A stretch of 26,152 bases of DNA, from the NCBI GenBank assembly GCA_027021705.1, contig JALUTT010000137.1, positions 1 to 26,152 on the forward strand. Reading direction: 5' to 3'. The notes under the pieces were generated by a model. It was not told the DNA's origin and searched no databases. It saw only the letters and a list, made by a program, of their open reading frames with translations. The stretch comes from Anaerolineae bacterium (GTDB lineage Bacteria; Chloroflexota; Anaerolineae; S140-20). Numbering within the stretch: the stretch's first letter is position 1; every line of letters begins with the position of its first letter. Positions 1 to 11,360 of the stretch are shown one piece after another. Made by a program: the position numbers and the translations under genes.

Positions 1-127
1 CCGGTCCGCATCCCCCAGCCGGGCGATGAGCGGCTCCACGGCCCGGGCGTCGCCGATCTTCCCCAGCGCCGATGCCACCGCCTCGCGCACCTGCCGGTCC
101 GCATCCCCCAGCCGGGCGATGAGCGGC
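1..127 (-). repeat. 93-nt-period coding repeat (HEAT units)
   Basis: ccggtccgcatcccccagccgggcgatgagcggc is identical at 1-34 and 94-127. Confidence 0.9.
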
Positions 128-2019
128 CCCACCGCCGGCCCGCCAATCCGCCCCAGTGCCGCTGCTGCTGCCTCGCGCACATCCGGCTCCTCGTCGGCCA
201 GTCGCCCAATGAGCACGCCCACCACGGCTTCTCCGGTGCGCTCAAGATGGGCCAACGCTTCCAGAGCAGCTTGGGCCGCACCGACGAGTTCCTCGGAAGC
301 CGCCTCTGCGAGGCGTTCGACGAGAAACCCCACGACGTCCGTGACCGAATCGAGGGCGAGAATTCGCAGTGCACCCTGCCGAATCTCCTCCGGGATCCCC
401 TCTGCCTCTGGGTGCTGGAGGATCCAGCGGGCGTACTCCCGCTCCTCCGACCGCTCGGCCCACACCCGGCAGGCGGCCCCCCACACCTGGGCGGGGTCGC
501 CGCTCCGCAGGGCCTCCCCCAACGGCCCCAGCCGCTCCTCGTACACCTCCAACAGCGAAGCGGTGAGGGAACGGTACCCCTCCAGTTCCCGGTCCCCTAA
601 GTCACCGAAGCGGGCGCGGTGGCGGCCGGAACCCTCGGGGGAGTACGTCCAAACCTGCCGCAGCCGCCACGCCCGGTCCGGGTCCTGGAGCACCCCTTGG
701 ATCACCTCCCGGATGCCGGGAGGGGCCTCATCCGGCACGGTTCCCGCTTCCAGGGCCTGTTCTAGGTAGCGGGGCAGGGTCAGACGGCCGGGCCGCATCC
801 AAGCCTCGTAGAGGTCACGGTATTGGATCTGGAGGACGACGATCTTGGCCAGGAGGGGCCAGGCCGTCTCCCCCGGCAGAAGCGTGCCCCGCGCCTCCCG
901 CACCAGGGCCACGGCCTGGAGGAGCCGGAACGTGTTCCACGCCCGCTTGACCTGGCGGGGGTTGGGCTCCAGCCCCAGGACAAAGACCTGCCGCACCGCT
1001 TCGTCAATTCGGCGTTCCTCGACGTATCGGCTCAGCTCCACCGGCTCGGATGCCGGCGTCTCCTCGCCTCTCAGCGACCGCACCAAAGTCTCTATGCTCC
1101 CCCCGGTCAGCGGTGGGAGGTGGAAGGGGATCTGGATGAACTTCTCTAGATAGGCATCGCCGTCAATGGGGAGGTCGCCCCCTTTGCCCCGGTAATGGAC
1201 CTCGATCCCCCGGCGGACGACATCTCGGTCCAGCCCTAGAACAAAGACGGTGCCATCTACCTCCAGGAAGAGCTTGATCGCCTCCAGCACCTCCACCGCC
1301 CGCTCCGGCAAGCACCGGTCCAGGTCGTCTACAAAGACGACGAGGCGACCTTCCCTCCCCAACATCTCGCGGAGGACCCGCTGGAGCGTGTTCTCAAACT
1401 GCTCCATAAAGGTCAACTGCTCCATCCGATGGGTTTGGATCGCCCGTCGAACCCCCCCTGCCAGGTCGGGGGTGAGGTTGAGGGCTTTCGCCACCGCCTG
1501 CGCGCCGAAAGAGGAGAGGAGCAGGAACCCCGGCAGTTTCGCCATCTCCTTCCCCAACCTGCCCAGGTCCAGCGCCCAGCGGGCAGCCTCCTCCCACTCC
1601 ACCGCCCGGTAGACGCTCTCCTCCAACCGCTGGAGCCTTTCCACCTGTCTTCGCTGGGTCTCGTCGAGCTCCTCAAAAGGGATGCGGTCCTGCTCCTCCC
1701 ACGGCTCCCCCTCCTCTTTCTTGCGGGGGTAGAGGGCGTCGAGCACCCGCAGGATGAAGGCCCGCCAGAGGGCCTCGTGCCGGTCGTACTTCCAGGCGGT
1801 GAACCAGACGGTGCGCAAGCGCGGACCGCGCTTCCGTTCCACATCCCGCCGAAGCATCTTTAGCAGGCTGGTCTTGCCCGTTCCCCACCGGCCGAAGACG
1901 CCAATTGTCAACGGCGTCTCCCCCTCGGTGATGATCTCCACCAGACCGGGGCGGAAGTCGGAGAAGCCCAACACGTCGTGGTCCGTCGGACGGTCCGTGC
2001 AGTACAGACGCTCCCTCAT
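1..2019 (-). CDS. KAP-family P-loop NTPase with C-terminal HEAT (PBS-lyase-like) repeats; 3' end runs off the window
   Basis: Hand translation from ATG at 2019 is open for 673 codons down to base 1, with an in-frame TGA upstream at 2059-2061. Starts MRERLYCTDRPTDHDVLGF; Walker A TIGVFGRWGTGKTS; KAP-type WFTAWKY, VVFVDDLDRCLPE, YLEKFIQIPFHLP and NPRQVKR; ends in 31-aa units such as DVREAAAAALGRIGGPAVGPLIARLGDAD. Confidence 0.9.
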   Translation of the reverse strand, partial: MRERLYCTDRPTDHDVLGFSDFRPGLVEIITEGETPLTIGVFGRWGTGKTSLLKMLRRDVERKRGPRLRTVWFTAWKYDRHEALWRAFILRVLDALYPRKKEEGEPWEEQDRIPFEELDETQRRQVERLQRLEESVYRAVEWEEAARWALDLGRLGKEMAKLPGFLLLSSFGAQAVAKALNLTPDLAGGVRRAIQTHRMEQLTFMEQFENTLQRVLREMLGREGRLVVFVDDLDRCLPERAVEVLEAIKLFLEVDGTVFVLGLDRDVVRRGIEVHYRGKGGDLPIDGDAYLEKFIQIPFHLPPLTGGSIETLVRSLRGEETPASEPVELSRYVEERRIDEAVRQVFVLGLEPNPRQVKRAWNTFRLLQAVALVREARGTLLPGETAWPLLAKIVVLQIQYRDLYEAWMRPGRLTLPRYLEQALEAGTVPDEAPPGIREVIQGVLQDPDRAWRLRQVWTYSPEGSGRHRARFGDLGDRELEGYRSLTASLLEVYEERLGPLGEALRSGDPAQVWGAACRVWAERSEEREYARWILQHPEAEGIPEEIRQGALRILALDSVTDVVGFLVERLAEAASEELVGAAQAALEALAHLERTGEAVVGVLIGRLADEEPDVREAAAAALGRIGGPAVGPLIARLGDADRQVREAVASALGKIGDARAVEPLIARLGDADR

Positions 2020-2162
2020 CGCATCCCCCCAGAGGTCGGAATGCTCCCATCGCTCCGCTCAAAATCCCCCTCTTGGTGCGGGCTTGTTGTGCTCATAGCG
2101 AAAAAGCCCTCATCTTTCGGGCTCTCCCCCCAACTCAGACCGGCCTCGCCCGGCCCGCGCCC

Positions 2163-2192
2163 ATTATAGCATGCCCGCCGTCATCGGGTCAA
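2163..2192 (-). promoter_or_regulatory. sigma70-type promoter for the KAP NTPase gene
   Basis: Minus strand TTGACC (2192-2187), 18 nt, TATAAT (2168-2163), with extended -10 TGcTATAAT. Confidence 0.7.
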
Positions 2193-2285
2193 GAAAGCAC
2201 CGCAACCGTTAGCCCCCTTCGACGCGCCAACCCCGCACCCCACCGTAGGGGGGCCACCGGAACGAGGACTCCCAGAGAAAACCGC

Positions 2286-2314
2286 TTGACGGAACCCCCT
2301 CTTCACCCTATAAT
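2286..2314 (+). promoter_or_regulatory. sigma70-type promoter for glyQS
   Basis: TTGACG (2286-2291), 17 nt, TATAAT (2309-2314). Confidence 0.8.
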
Positions 2315-2409
2315 CCCCCCACAGTGAGAAAAAGCACACACCCAGGCGGATCCGACCGGCCCCGGCCACCGCATCCGCCACTACCCCCCCCAGACCGGAT
2401 AGAGGGACG

Positions 2410-5442
<3,033 letters not shown>

Positions 5443-5479
5443 GTGGTGATTATCTGTATCTTGGGAGATAGGGAGACTA

Positions 5480-5556
5480 GCCGTCCACGAATGGGGCACG
5501 AATACGCGAATTAAGGACCGCCTCATTCGTGCATTTGTGAGAAATTCGTGGACAGC
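5480..5556. repeat. 77-nt imperfect palindrome of three spaced CACGAAT-like units per arm
   Basis: gccgtc-cacgaat-gggg-cacgaat-a-cgcgaat ... attcgtg-c-atttgtg-agaa-attcgtg-gacagc; the outer 13-mers are 12/13 complementary. Confidence 0.85.
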
Positions 5557-5610
5557 CCGCTACGGACCACTCTCCCGCTCACTTGTGGGTAATCCCCGGG
5601 GTTCTAGCTT

Positions 5611-5639
5611 TTGCTTTGCCGGGCGGTTTGTGATAAAAT
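5611..5639 (+). promoter_or_regulatory. sigma70-type promoter for the cNMP-bPH gene and def
   Basis: TTGCTT (5611-5616), 17 nt, TAAAAT (5634-5639), with extended -10 TG. Confidence 0.65.
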
Positions 5640-5677
5640 GAAGGGGTGTTTCGCGCGCATCGGGCAAGGACAGGGTG

Positions 5678-7432
5678 ATGTCCGAAGAGATCGTATCCTT
5701 CCTTAAAGAGATTCCCCTCTTTGCGGACCTGCCGGAGGAGGAGCTGGAACGGCTGGCCGAGGCCGGCGAGATCCAGCGCTTCCACCGGGGTGAGGTCATC
5801 GTAAAGGAAGGAGACCTCCCTGATGCCTTCTACATCATCCGACGGGGAAGCGTCGTCGTCCGTCGCTCCATCCCCGGCCGTCCTGAGCAGATCGTCGCCT
5901 ACTTCCACGAGAAGGACTACTTCGGGGAGATGGCCTTCTTGCGGGAAGCGACCCGCAACGCCACGGTCGAGGCCATCAGCCCCCTCGAAGTCTTCTCTCT
6001 AGACAAGGAGACCTTCCGGGGGCTTCTCTACCGGCATCCCGAGCTCCGGGAATTGCTGGAAGCCCGGATGGAGCAGCGGCTGACGCTGGGGGAGACCCGC
6101 TTCCCCTGGCTGGGGGACGACGAGGTGGTGCTGAGCTTCAGCCGCAAGCACCTCATCACCCTGCTGCGCCGATCCTGGTGGTGGGTCGTCCCGCTCCTCG
6201 CGGGTAGCGCAGCCGCAGCGGCCGCCCAACAGACGGAGGAGTTCCCCTACATCATCCTGTCCAGTTCCCTCTTCGCCCTGGCCGTCCTCACCTTCCTCTA
6301 CCTCTACCTAGACTGGCGGAACGATTACTACATCGTCACCAACCGGCGGATCGTCCATCTGGAGCGGGTCCTCCTCATCCGGGAAGACCGGGACGAGGCC
6401 CCCATCCAGCGGGTCCAGGACGTGAACATTGTGCGCAAAGGCCCCCTGGCCAAGGTCTTCGACTTCGGCGATATGGTCATCCAAACGGCCGGCACCACCG
6501 GCCAGATCGTCTTCAAAGACCTCCCCTCCCCCGACGACGTGCTGGAGGTCGTCCTGGCCGACGTCGAACGCTCCCGCCGGCGCTCCCGCGTTGAGACCAA
6601 GAAGATCTTCCGGGAAGAACTCCAGGAGCGGCTGGGCTGGAAGCCTCGCCAGGAGGAATCGGAGGAAGAAGGCGTTGCCGAAGAGGAAGCCCAAGAGGGC
6701 GAGGAAGGCGAGGAGGAAACGAAGCCTGAGAAGAAGCCCCTCGACCTCCTGCTGCCCCTGCGGGTGGTCGGCTACTGGCTGAAGTCCACCTTCTACGTCC
6801 CGATGTGGGAGCGGGAGGATGACACCATCACCTGGCGCACCCATTGGTTCGTCCTGGTGCGCAAGAGCATGGCTCCCTTCTTCAACCTCCTCTTCTTCAC
6901 CGGCCTGCTCTGGCTGGCCGGTATGGGCTGGGGACCGATGGAAGCCCTCTCTCCCCCGCTACGCAGAATGGCCTGGCTGCTGATCATCCCGGTGGATACA
7001 TTCATCCTCGGCTGGTGGTTCTACCGTTTCTGGGACTGGAAGAACGACCTCTACATCATCACCAGCGATCGGATCATTGACCTGAAGAAGCGCCCGCTCT
7101 TCCTCCAGGAGGAACGGCGCGAGACGACCCTGGACAAGATTCAGAACGTGAACCTGACCATCCCCAGCCCCATCGCCCAGTTGTTCAACTACGGGACGAT
7201 CGAGATCGAAACGGCGGGCGAGGTGGGTGCCTTCGAGTTCAAGAACGTCTACGACCCACGCCGGGTCCAGCAGGAGATCTTCGCCCATATGGACGAGTTG
7301 CAACAGCGACAACGGGAGAGCGAGGAACGGCGCCGCCTGCGCCAGTTTGCCGATTGGTTTGCTATCTACGATGAACTGAAGCGCGAGCAACAGCAGATGG
7401 GAGTCGAACTGGAGAAGGGAGAGAGCCAATGA
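5678..7432 (+). CDS. Membrane protein: N-terminal cyclic-nucleotide-binding domain plus two (TM-TM-bacterial PH, bPH_2-like) modules
   Basis: cNMP cassette IPLFADL...GEVIVKEGD...YFGEMAFLREATRNATVEA; two bPH-like units YIVTNRRI...FDFGDMVIQTAG and YIITSDRI...FNYGTIEIETAG, each after hydrophobic segments; Glu-rich linker. Start is ATG 5678 or GTG 5675. Confidence 0.85.
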   Translation: MSEEIVSFLKEIPLFADLPEEELERLAEAGEIQRFHRGEVIVKEGDLPDAFYIIRRGSVVVRRSIPGRPEQIVAYFHEKDYFGEMAFLREATRNATVEAISPLEVFSLDKETFRGLLYRHPELRELLEARMEQRLTLGETRFPWLGDDEVVLSFSRKHLITLLRRSWWWVVPLLAGSAAAAAAQQTEEFPYIILSSSLFALAVLTFLYLYLDWRNDYYIVTNRRIVHLERVLLIREDRDEAPIQRVQDVNIVRKGPLAKVFDFGDMVIQTAGTTGQIVFKDLPSPDDVLEVVLADVERSRRRSRVETKKIFREELQERLGWKPRQEESEEEGVAEEEAQEGEEGEEETKPEKKPLDLLLPLRVVGYWLKSTFYVPMWEREDDTITWRTHWFVLVRKSMAPFFNLLFFTGLLWLAGMGWGPMEALSPPLRRMAWLLIIPVDTFILGWWFYRFWDWKNDLYIITSDRIIDLKKRPLFLQEERRETTLDKIQNVNLTIPSPIAQLFNYGTIEIETAGEVGAFEFKNVYDPRRVQQEIFAHMDELQQRQRESEERRRLRQFADWFAIYDELKREQQQMGVELEKGESQ

Positions 7433-7977
7433 GCTTGCGCCCCATTGCCCTGCTGGGAGATCCGGTGCTGCGCCGCAAGGCCCGCAAGGTCACCCGCTTC
7501 GACCAGGCCCTACAAACCCTCATCGAGGATATGGTAGAAACGATGCGGGAGGCCAACGGCATCGGGCTGGCCGCCCCCCAGGTCAACGTGCTCCAGCGGG
7601 TGATTGTGGTAGAACTGCCTGAAGATGAGGAAGTGCCCGGCAGCGGTCGCCTCTACGTCCTGGTCAACCCCGAGATCCTCCGCGCCTCCGAAGAGATGGA
7701 AGAGGGCATTGAAGGCTGTCTTTCCATTCCCGGCTACATCGGGGAAGTGCTCCGCCACTCGTCGGTGGTTGTGCGCGGCCAGGACCGACGCGGGAAGAAG
7801 GTGCGCATCAAAGCCGAGGGGCTGTTGGCCCGGGTCCTGCAGCACGAGATTGACCACCTCAACGGCGTGCTCTACATTGACAAGCTGACCGCACCGGACC
7901 GGATCTGGCGGGTCGAGGAAGGCGAGGAAGAAGAAGCCGAGGCTCGCCAGGAGATGCCGGCGATGGTGATGGGGTGA
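7429..7977 (+). CDS. def: Peptide deformylase
   Basis: Motifs GIGLAAPQ, EGCLS and QHEIDHLNG; ATGA overlap with the upstream gene. Confidence 0.97.
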   Translation: MSLRPIALLGDPVLRRKARKVTRFDQALQTLIEDMVETMREANGIGLAAPQVNVLQRVIVVELPEDEEVPGSGRLYVLVNPEILRASEEMEEGIEGCLSIPGYIGEVLRHSSVVVRGQDRRGKKVRIKAEGLLARVLQHEIDHLNGVLYIDKLTAPDRIWRVEEGEEEEAEARQEMPAMVMG

Positions 7978-8000
7978 CCCCCAATTTTTTAGATTTGCAT

Positions 8001-8029
8001 TTGCTTTTTTGCGGCTTTCCAGGTAGAAT
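8001..8029 (+). promoter_or_regulatory. sigma70-type promoter for the nuoB operon
   Basis: TTGCTT (8001-8006), 17 nt, TAGAAT (8024-8029), preceded by an AT-rich tract. Confidence 0.7.
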
Positions 8030-8052
8030 AACCGGTCAAGGAATCCAGCACA

Positions 8053-8174
8053 AGCCCTGCCCGTAACGATTCACCCTCCCGCAGGTTAGGCGTGTTTCCG
8101 ACGCGAAACCGTGCTTCCAATAACCCATCGGGGCTGAAAGCCCCCTCGACCGGTGACCTGCGGGAGGGTAGGCT
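8053..8174 (+). promoter_or_regulatory. Putative structured 5' leader RNA upstream of nuoB (unassigned)
   Basis: Perfect 14-bp inverted repeat accctcccgcaggt (8073-8086) / acctgcgggagggt (8156-8169) enclosing the hairpin ggggct-gaa-agcccc (8130-8144). Confidence 0.5.
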
Positions 8175-8238
8175 GCTCAATTCGCTGTCGTCTTTCATCT
8201 CCAGCTCTTCAACCTGCCATCCAAGGAGGTAACATCCG

Positions 8239-8877
8239 ATGTCCGAGGAGTTTCAGAACGACCCCCGGGTCCCTCCTGAGCTACGTCACAGCGTCTTCAT
8301 CACGACGCTGGACAAGATCTACAACTGGGGGCGCAAACGTTCAATGTGGCCGATTATGTTCGGCCTGGCCTGCTGCGCCATCGAGATGATCGCCACGGCG
8401 GCCTCCCGCTTCGACATGGCCCGCTTTGGGATGGAACTGATGCGCCCCAGCCCCCGCCAGGCGGACCTGATGATCGTCTCCGGCACGGTGACCAAAAAGA
8501 TGGTGCCTCAGATCGTCCGCCTCTACAACCAGATGCCTGAGCCCAAGTATGTCATCGCGATGGGAAGCTGCGCCACCTCCGGCGGCCCCTTCAAGGAAGG
8601 GTACAACGTCGTCTCGGGGATTGACAAGTTCCTCCCGGTGGACGTCTACATCCCCGGCTGCCCCCCCACCCCTCAGGCCCTCATCCACGGCTTTGTCAAG
8701 CTCCACGAGATGATCGAGGGGCAGACCATCCGAGACGTGCCCTGGTACAAGGAGGGGGTGGTGGATGCGATCCCGGTGCCGGCGCTGGGACCGGACCTGC
8801 TGGACTGGCGACAGGCCCAGGAGATCGCTGCCCGCGCTCGGCAGATCGCCGAAGAGGCCCAAGAGGAGGAGGCGTGA
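8239..8877 (+). CDS. nuoB: NADH-quinone oxidoreductase subunit B
   Basis: [41 protein letters not shown] (N2 cluster ligands); strong RBS AAGGAGGT. Confidence 0.96.
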   Translation: MSEEFQNDPRVPPELRHSVFITTLDKIYNWGRKRSMWPIMFGLACCAIEMIATAASRFDMARFGMELMRPSPRQADLMIVSGTVTKKMVPQIVRLYNQMPEPKYVIAMGSCATSGGPFKEGYNVVSGIDKFLPVDVYIPGCPPTPQALIHGFVKLHEMIEGQTIRDVPWYKEGVVDAIPVPALGPDLLDWRQAQEIAARARQIAEEAQEEEA

Positions 8878-10655
8878 TGGTCAGGCTCGTCAAATCCCTG
8901 GAACCGTCCCCAGGCTTCCCCGAAGGCGATCCCATCGCCTTGCTTCAGGAAAGGTTCCCCGACGCCATCTCCCCGGCCGACAAAGGGAACCACACCGGTG
9001 TCATCGTGGAGAGCGATCGGCTGCCGGAGGTGGCTTTGTACATCCGGGACCAGTTAGGCTACCAGTACCTCTCCAGCGTGACCGGTGTGGACTACTTGGA
9101 CGATGGCTACTTCGAGGTCGTCTACCACGCCTACCGGCTGAGCGGTGGTGGCCCCCTCACTTTCAAGGCCAGAACTCCCCGTGAGGATCCTGTCCTCCCC
9201 TCCCTGGTCGCCGTCTGGCCGGGGGCCGACTTCCAGGAGCGGGAGATCTGGGACCTCTACGGCGTCCGCTTCACCGGCCACCCCAACCTGAAGCGCATCC
9301 TCTTGTGGGAGGGCTTCGCCGGCCACCCGATGCGCAAGGACTGGAAGGAGCCCTACTACGAGGAAGAGCACAAGCCCTTCAAGAGCCGCTGGCCCCAGGG
9401 CCACTTCGCCATGGCCGAGGAACGGACCCCCTGGGGGCGCAACGTCCAGTATCCCCCCGACTTCACGCCGGAGGGCTGGACCCCCGAGGGGGATGCCGCC
9501 CTCTACGAAGGGTTGCTGGAGTTGGAAACGGGTCACGGCAACGGCAAAGGGCTGCGCACCGACCGGGTCGTCGTCAATATGGGCCCCCAGCATCCCAGCA
9601 CCCATGGCGTCTTTCGTATGGTGGTCACCCTCAACGGCGAGACCATCGTGGACCTGGAACCGGTGATGGGCTACCTGCACCGCAACCACGAGAAGATCGG
9701 GGAGCGCAACACCTGGCTGGGGAACATGCCCTTCACCGACCGGCTGGACTACATCTGCTCGATGCACAACAACTTCGGCTACGCCGTGGCCGTGGAGAAG
9801 CTGATGGGCGTGGAGGTGCCGGAGCGGGCCGAGTACATCCGGGTGATCATGGCGGAACTCACCCGCATCGTCAACCACTTCATCGCCATCGGCTTCCTCT
9901 TCAACGATCTGGGAGCCTTCTTCACGCCGGCCCTCTACGGCCTGGAGGAGCGGGAGCTGATCCTGGACCTCTTCGAGATGGCCTCGGGCTCCCGGATGAT
10001 GTGCAACTACTTCCGCTTCGGCGGCGTGGCCCGCGACCTGCCGGAGGAGTTCCTGCCCCTGGCCCGGGAGCTGGTGGAGAACCGGCTGCCCCGGGTGATT
10101 GACGAGTTCGAGACCTACCTGACGGGCAACGAGATCTTCCTGGCCCGCAGCGTTGGGGTGGGCGTGCTGCCCAAGGAGATGGCCATCGCCTACAGCACCG
10201 CCGGGCCGGTGCTCCGCGCCTCCGGCGTCGCCTACGACGTGCGCAAGGCCGAGCCCTACGGCATCTACGACCGCTTCGACTTCGAGATCCCGATAGGCAC
10301 CAACGGCGACATCTTCGACCGCTACAAGGTGCGCATCGAGGAGATGCGCCAGAGCCTGCACATCCTGAAGCAGGCCCTGGACCAGATCCCCGACGGACCC
10401 ATCCAGGCCGGCAAGAAAGCCTACCAGGTGCGGGTGCCCGCCGGCGACGCTTACGGTCGGGTGGAGAACCCCAAAGGCGAGCTGGGCTTCTACCTGGTCT
10501 CGACCGGGGGGCCGAACCCCTACCGCTACCACATCCGGGCCCCCAGCTTCATCAACCTGACCAGCCTGGGGGAGATGAGCAAAGGGCACAAGGTGGCCGA
10601 CATCGTCGCAATCCTGGGCAGCATTGACATCGTCCTGGGGGAGGTAGACCGATAA
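8877..10655 (+). CDS. nuoCD: NADH-quinone oxidoreductase fused subunit C/D
   Basis: NuoC motifs [26 protein letters not shown]; NuoD motifs [49 protein letters not shown] overlaps the nuoB stop (TGATG). Confidence 0.96.
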   Translation: MVRLVKSLEPSPGFPEGDPIALLQERFPDAISPADKGNHTGVIVESDRLPEVALYIRDQLGYQYLSSVTGVDYLDDGYFEVVYHAYRLSGGGPLTFKARTPREDPVLPSLVAVWPGADFQEREIWDLYGVRFTGHPNLKRILLWEGFAGHPMRKDWKEPYYEEEHKPFKSRWPQGHFAMAEERTPWGRNVQYPPDFTPEGWTPEGDAALYEGLLELETGHGNGKGLRTDRVVVNMGPQHPSTHGVFRMVVTLNGETIVDLEPVMGYLHRNHEKIGERNTWLGNMPFTDRLDYICSMHNNFGYAVAVEKLMGVEVPERAEYIRVIMAELTRIVNHFIAIGFLFNDLGAFFTPALYGLEERELILDLFEMASGSRMMCNYFRFGGVARDLPEEFLPLARELVENRLPRVIDEFETYLTGNEIFLARSVGVGVLPKEMAIAYSTAGPVLRASGVAYDVRKAEPYGIYDRFDFEIPIGTNGDIFDRYKVRIEEMRQSLHILKQALDQIPDGPIQAGKKAYQVRVPAGDAYGRVENPKGELGFYLVSTGGPNPYRYHIRAPSFINLTSLGEMSKGHKVADIVAILGSIDIVLGEVDR

Positions 10656-11254
10656 TGTACGGATCAGGCATCCTCAAAGGATTGGGCGTCACCCTCAAGC
10701 ACTTCGTCGAGACCTACATCGAGGACATCCGCTACTTGGGGAAGCGGTACACGCCGGAAACGCTGCCCCAGCGGCAGGGACCGAAGGAGCGGGGCATCTT
10801 CACCGTCCAGTACCCCTTCGAGAAGCTGCCGGTGCCGGAGAACTTCCGCTACATCCCCTTTCTGGTCTACGACGACGAGACGGGGAAAGAGCGATGCACC
10901 TCCTGCGGCATCTGCGCCAAGGTCTGCCCGCCGCAGTGCATCTGGATCGTCCGCACCAAGGACCCCAAGACGGGGCGGCCCCGGCCGGAGCCGGCCGAGT
11001 TCTACATTGACGCCAGCATCTGCATGTCCTGCGGCTACTGCGCCGAGTTCTGCCCCTTCGACGCCATCAAGATGGACCACGACTACGAGCTCTCCGCCTA
11101 CCACCGGGATGAGCTCGTCTTCGACCTGAAGAAGTTGCTCAAGCCGGCCTCCTACCACGCTCAGATCCACCCCACGGACTGGAAGCGAGAGGAGGAGGCC
11201 CGAGCTGCGAAGGCCGCCAAGAAAGCAGCGGCAAGGAAGGCAAGGAAAGGTTAA
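10655..11254 (+). CDS. nuoI: NADH-quinone oxidoreductase subunit I (2x[4Fe-4S])
   Basis: [17 protein letters not shown] and [21 protein letters not shown] overlap with nuoCD. Confidence 0.93.
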   Translation: MYGSGILKGLGVTLKHFVETYIEDIRYLGKRYTPETLPQRQGPKERGIFTVQYPFEKLPVPENFRYIPFLVYDDETGKERCTSCGICAKVCPPQCIWIVRTKDPKTGRPRPEPAEFYIDASICMSCGYCAEFCPFDAIKMDHDYELSAYHRDELVFDLKKLLKPASYHAQIHPTDWKREEEARAAKAAKKAAARKARKG

Positions 11255-11257
11255 GCC

Positions 11258-11337
11258 TGCTGAGGTGCCGGGGCACCAGGGTGCTGAGGTGCGACGCGCC
11301 TTCGCCAGGGGCGTCGCACCTCGTGTCACACCTCAGC
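11258..11337. repeat. Nested REP-like palindromes (AGGTGC...GCACCT core)
   Basis: 12-bp stem gaggtgcgacgc (11286-11297) / gcgtcgcacctc (11311-11322); tgctgaggtgc repeated at 11258 and 11282; gctgaggtg pairs with cacctcagc (11329-11337); ggtgcc-gg-ggcacc at 11264-11277. Confidence 0.8.
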
Positions 11338-11360
11338 CTGGAGAGACAGGAGTGAACGCT

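Noticed and set aside
2043..2066. Degenerate arm of the CGRAT palindrome family in the KAP leader (gctcccatcgctccgctcaaaatc)
   Set aside because: Resembles 17114-17143, but the match is short and lacks the GAYRGC end; could be chance.
26..2098. Many plus-strand ORFs at the left end
   Set aside because: Explained as shadows of the minus-strand KAP NTPase.
2315..2409. T-box riboswitch before glyQS
   Set aside because: The leader is only about 90 nt and has no T-box consensus or terminator.
5480..5556. CRISPR array or Rho-independent terminator
   Set aside because: Units are 7 nt and inverted with no spacers of CRISPR length and no cas genes; there is no U-tract.
5678..7432. Pycsar/CBASS-type cNMP-TM effector
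   Set aside because: No adjacent cyclase, housekeeping context and host-like codon usage.
8060..8077. Rex or CRP operator (ccgtaacgattcaccc) in the nuoB leader
   Set aside because: Only a partial TTCAC half-site; spacing and the other half do not fit.
8877..10655. Group 4 [NiFe]-hydrogenase large subunit
   Set aside because: Both Ni-binding CxxC motifs are absent (DRLDY and DIVLGEVDR), and the quinone-site His/Tyr motifs of NuoD are present.
11265..11360. N-terminal extensions given by the ORF track for mrp (also 16361-16477, 17633-17776, 20561-20647)
   Set aside because: They run through repeats, neighbouring genes or promoters; downstream starts fit better with RBS, gene overlap or domain boundaries.
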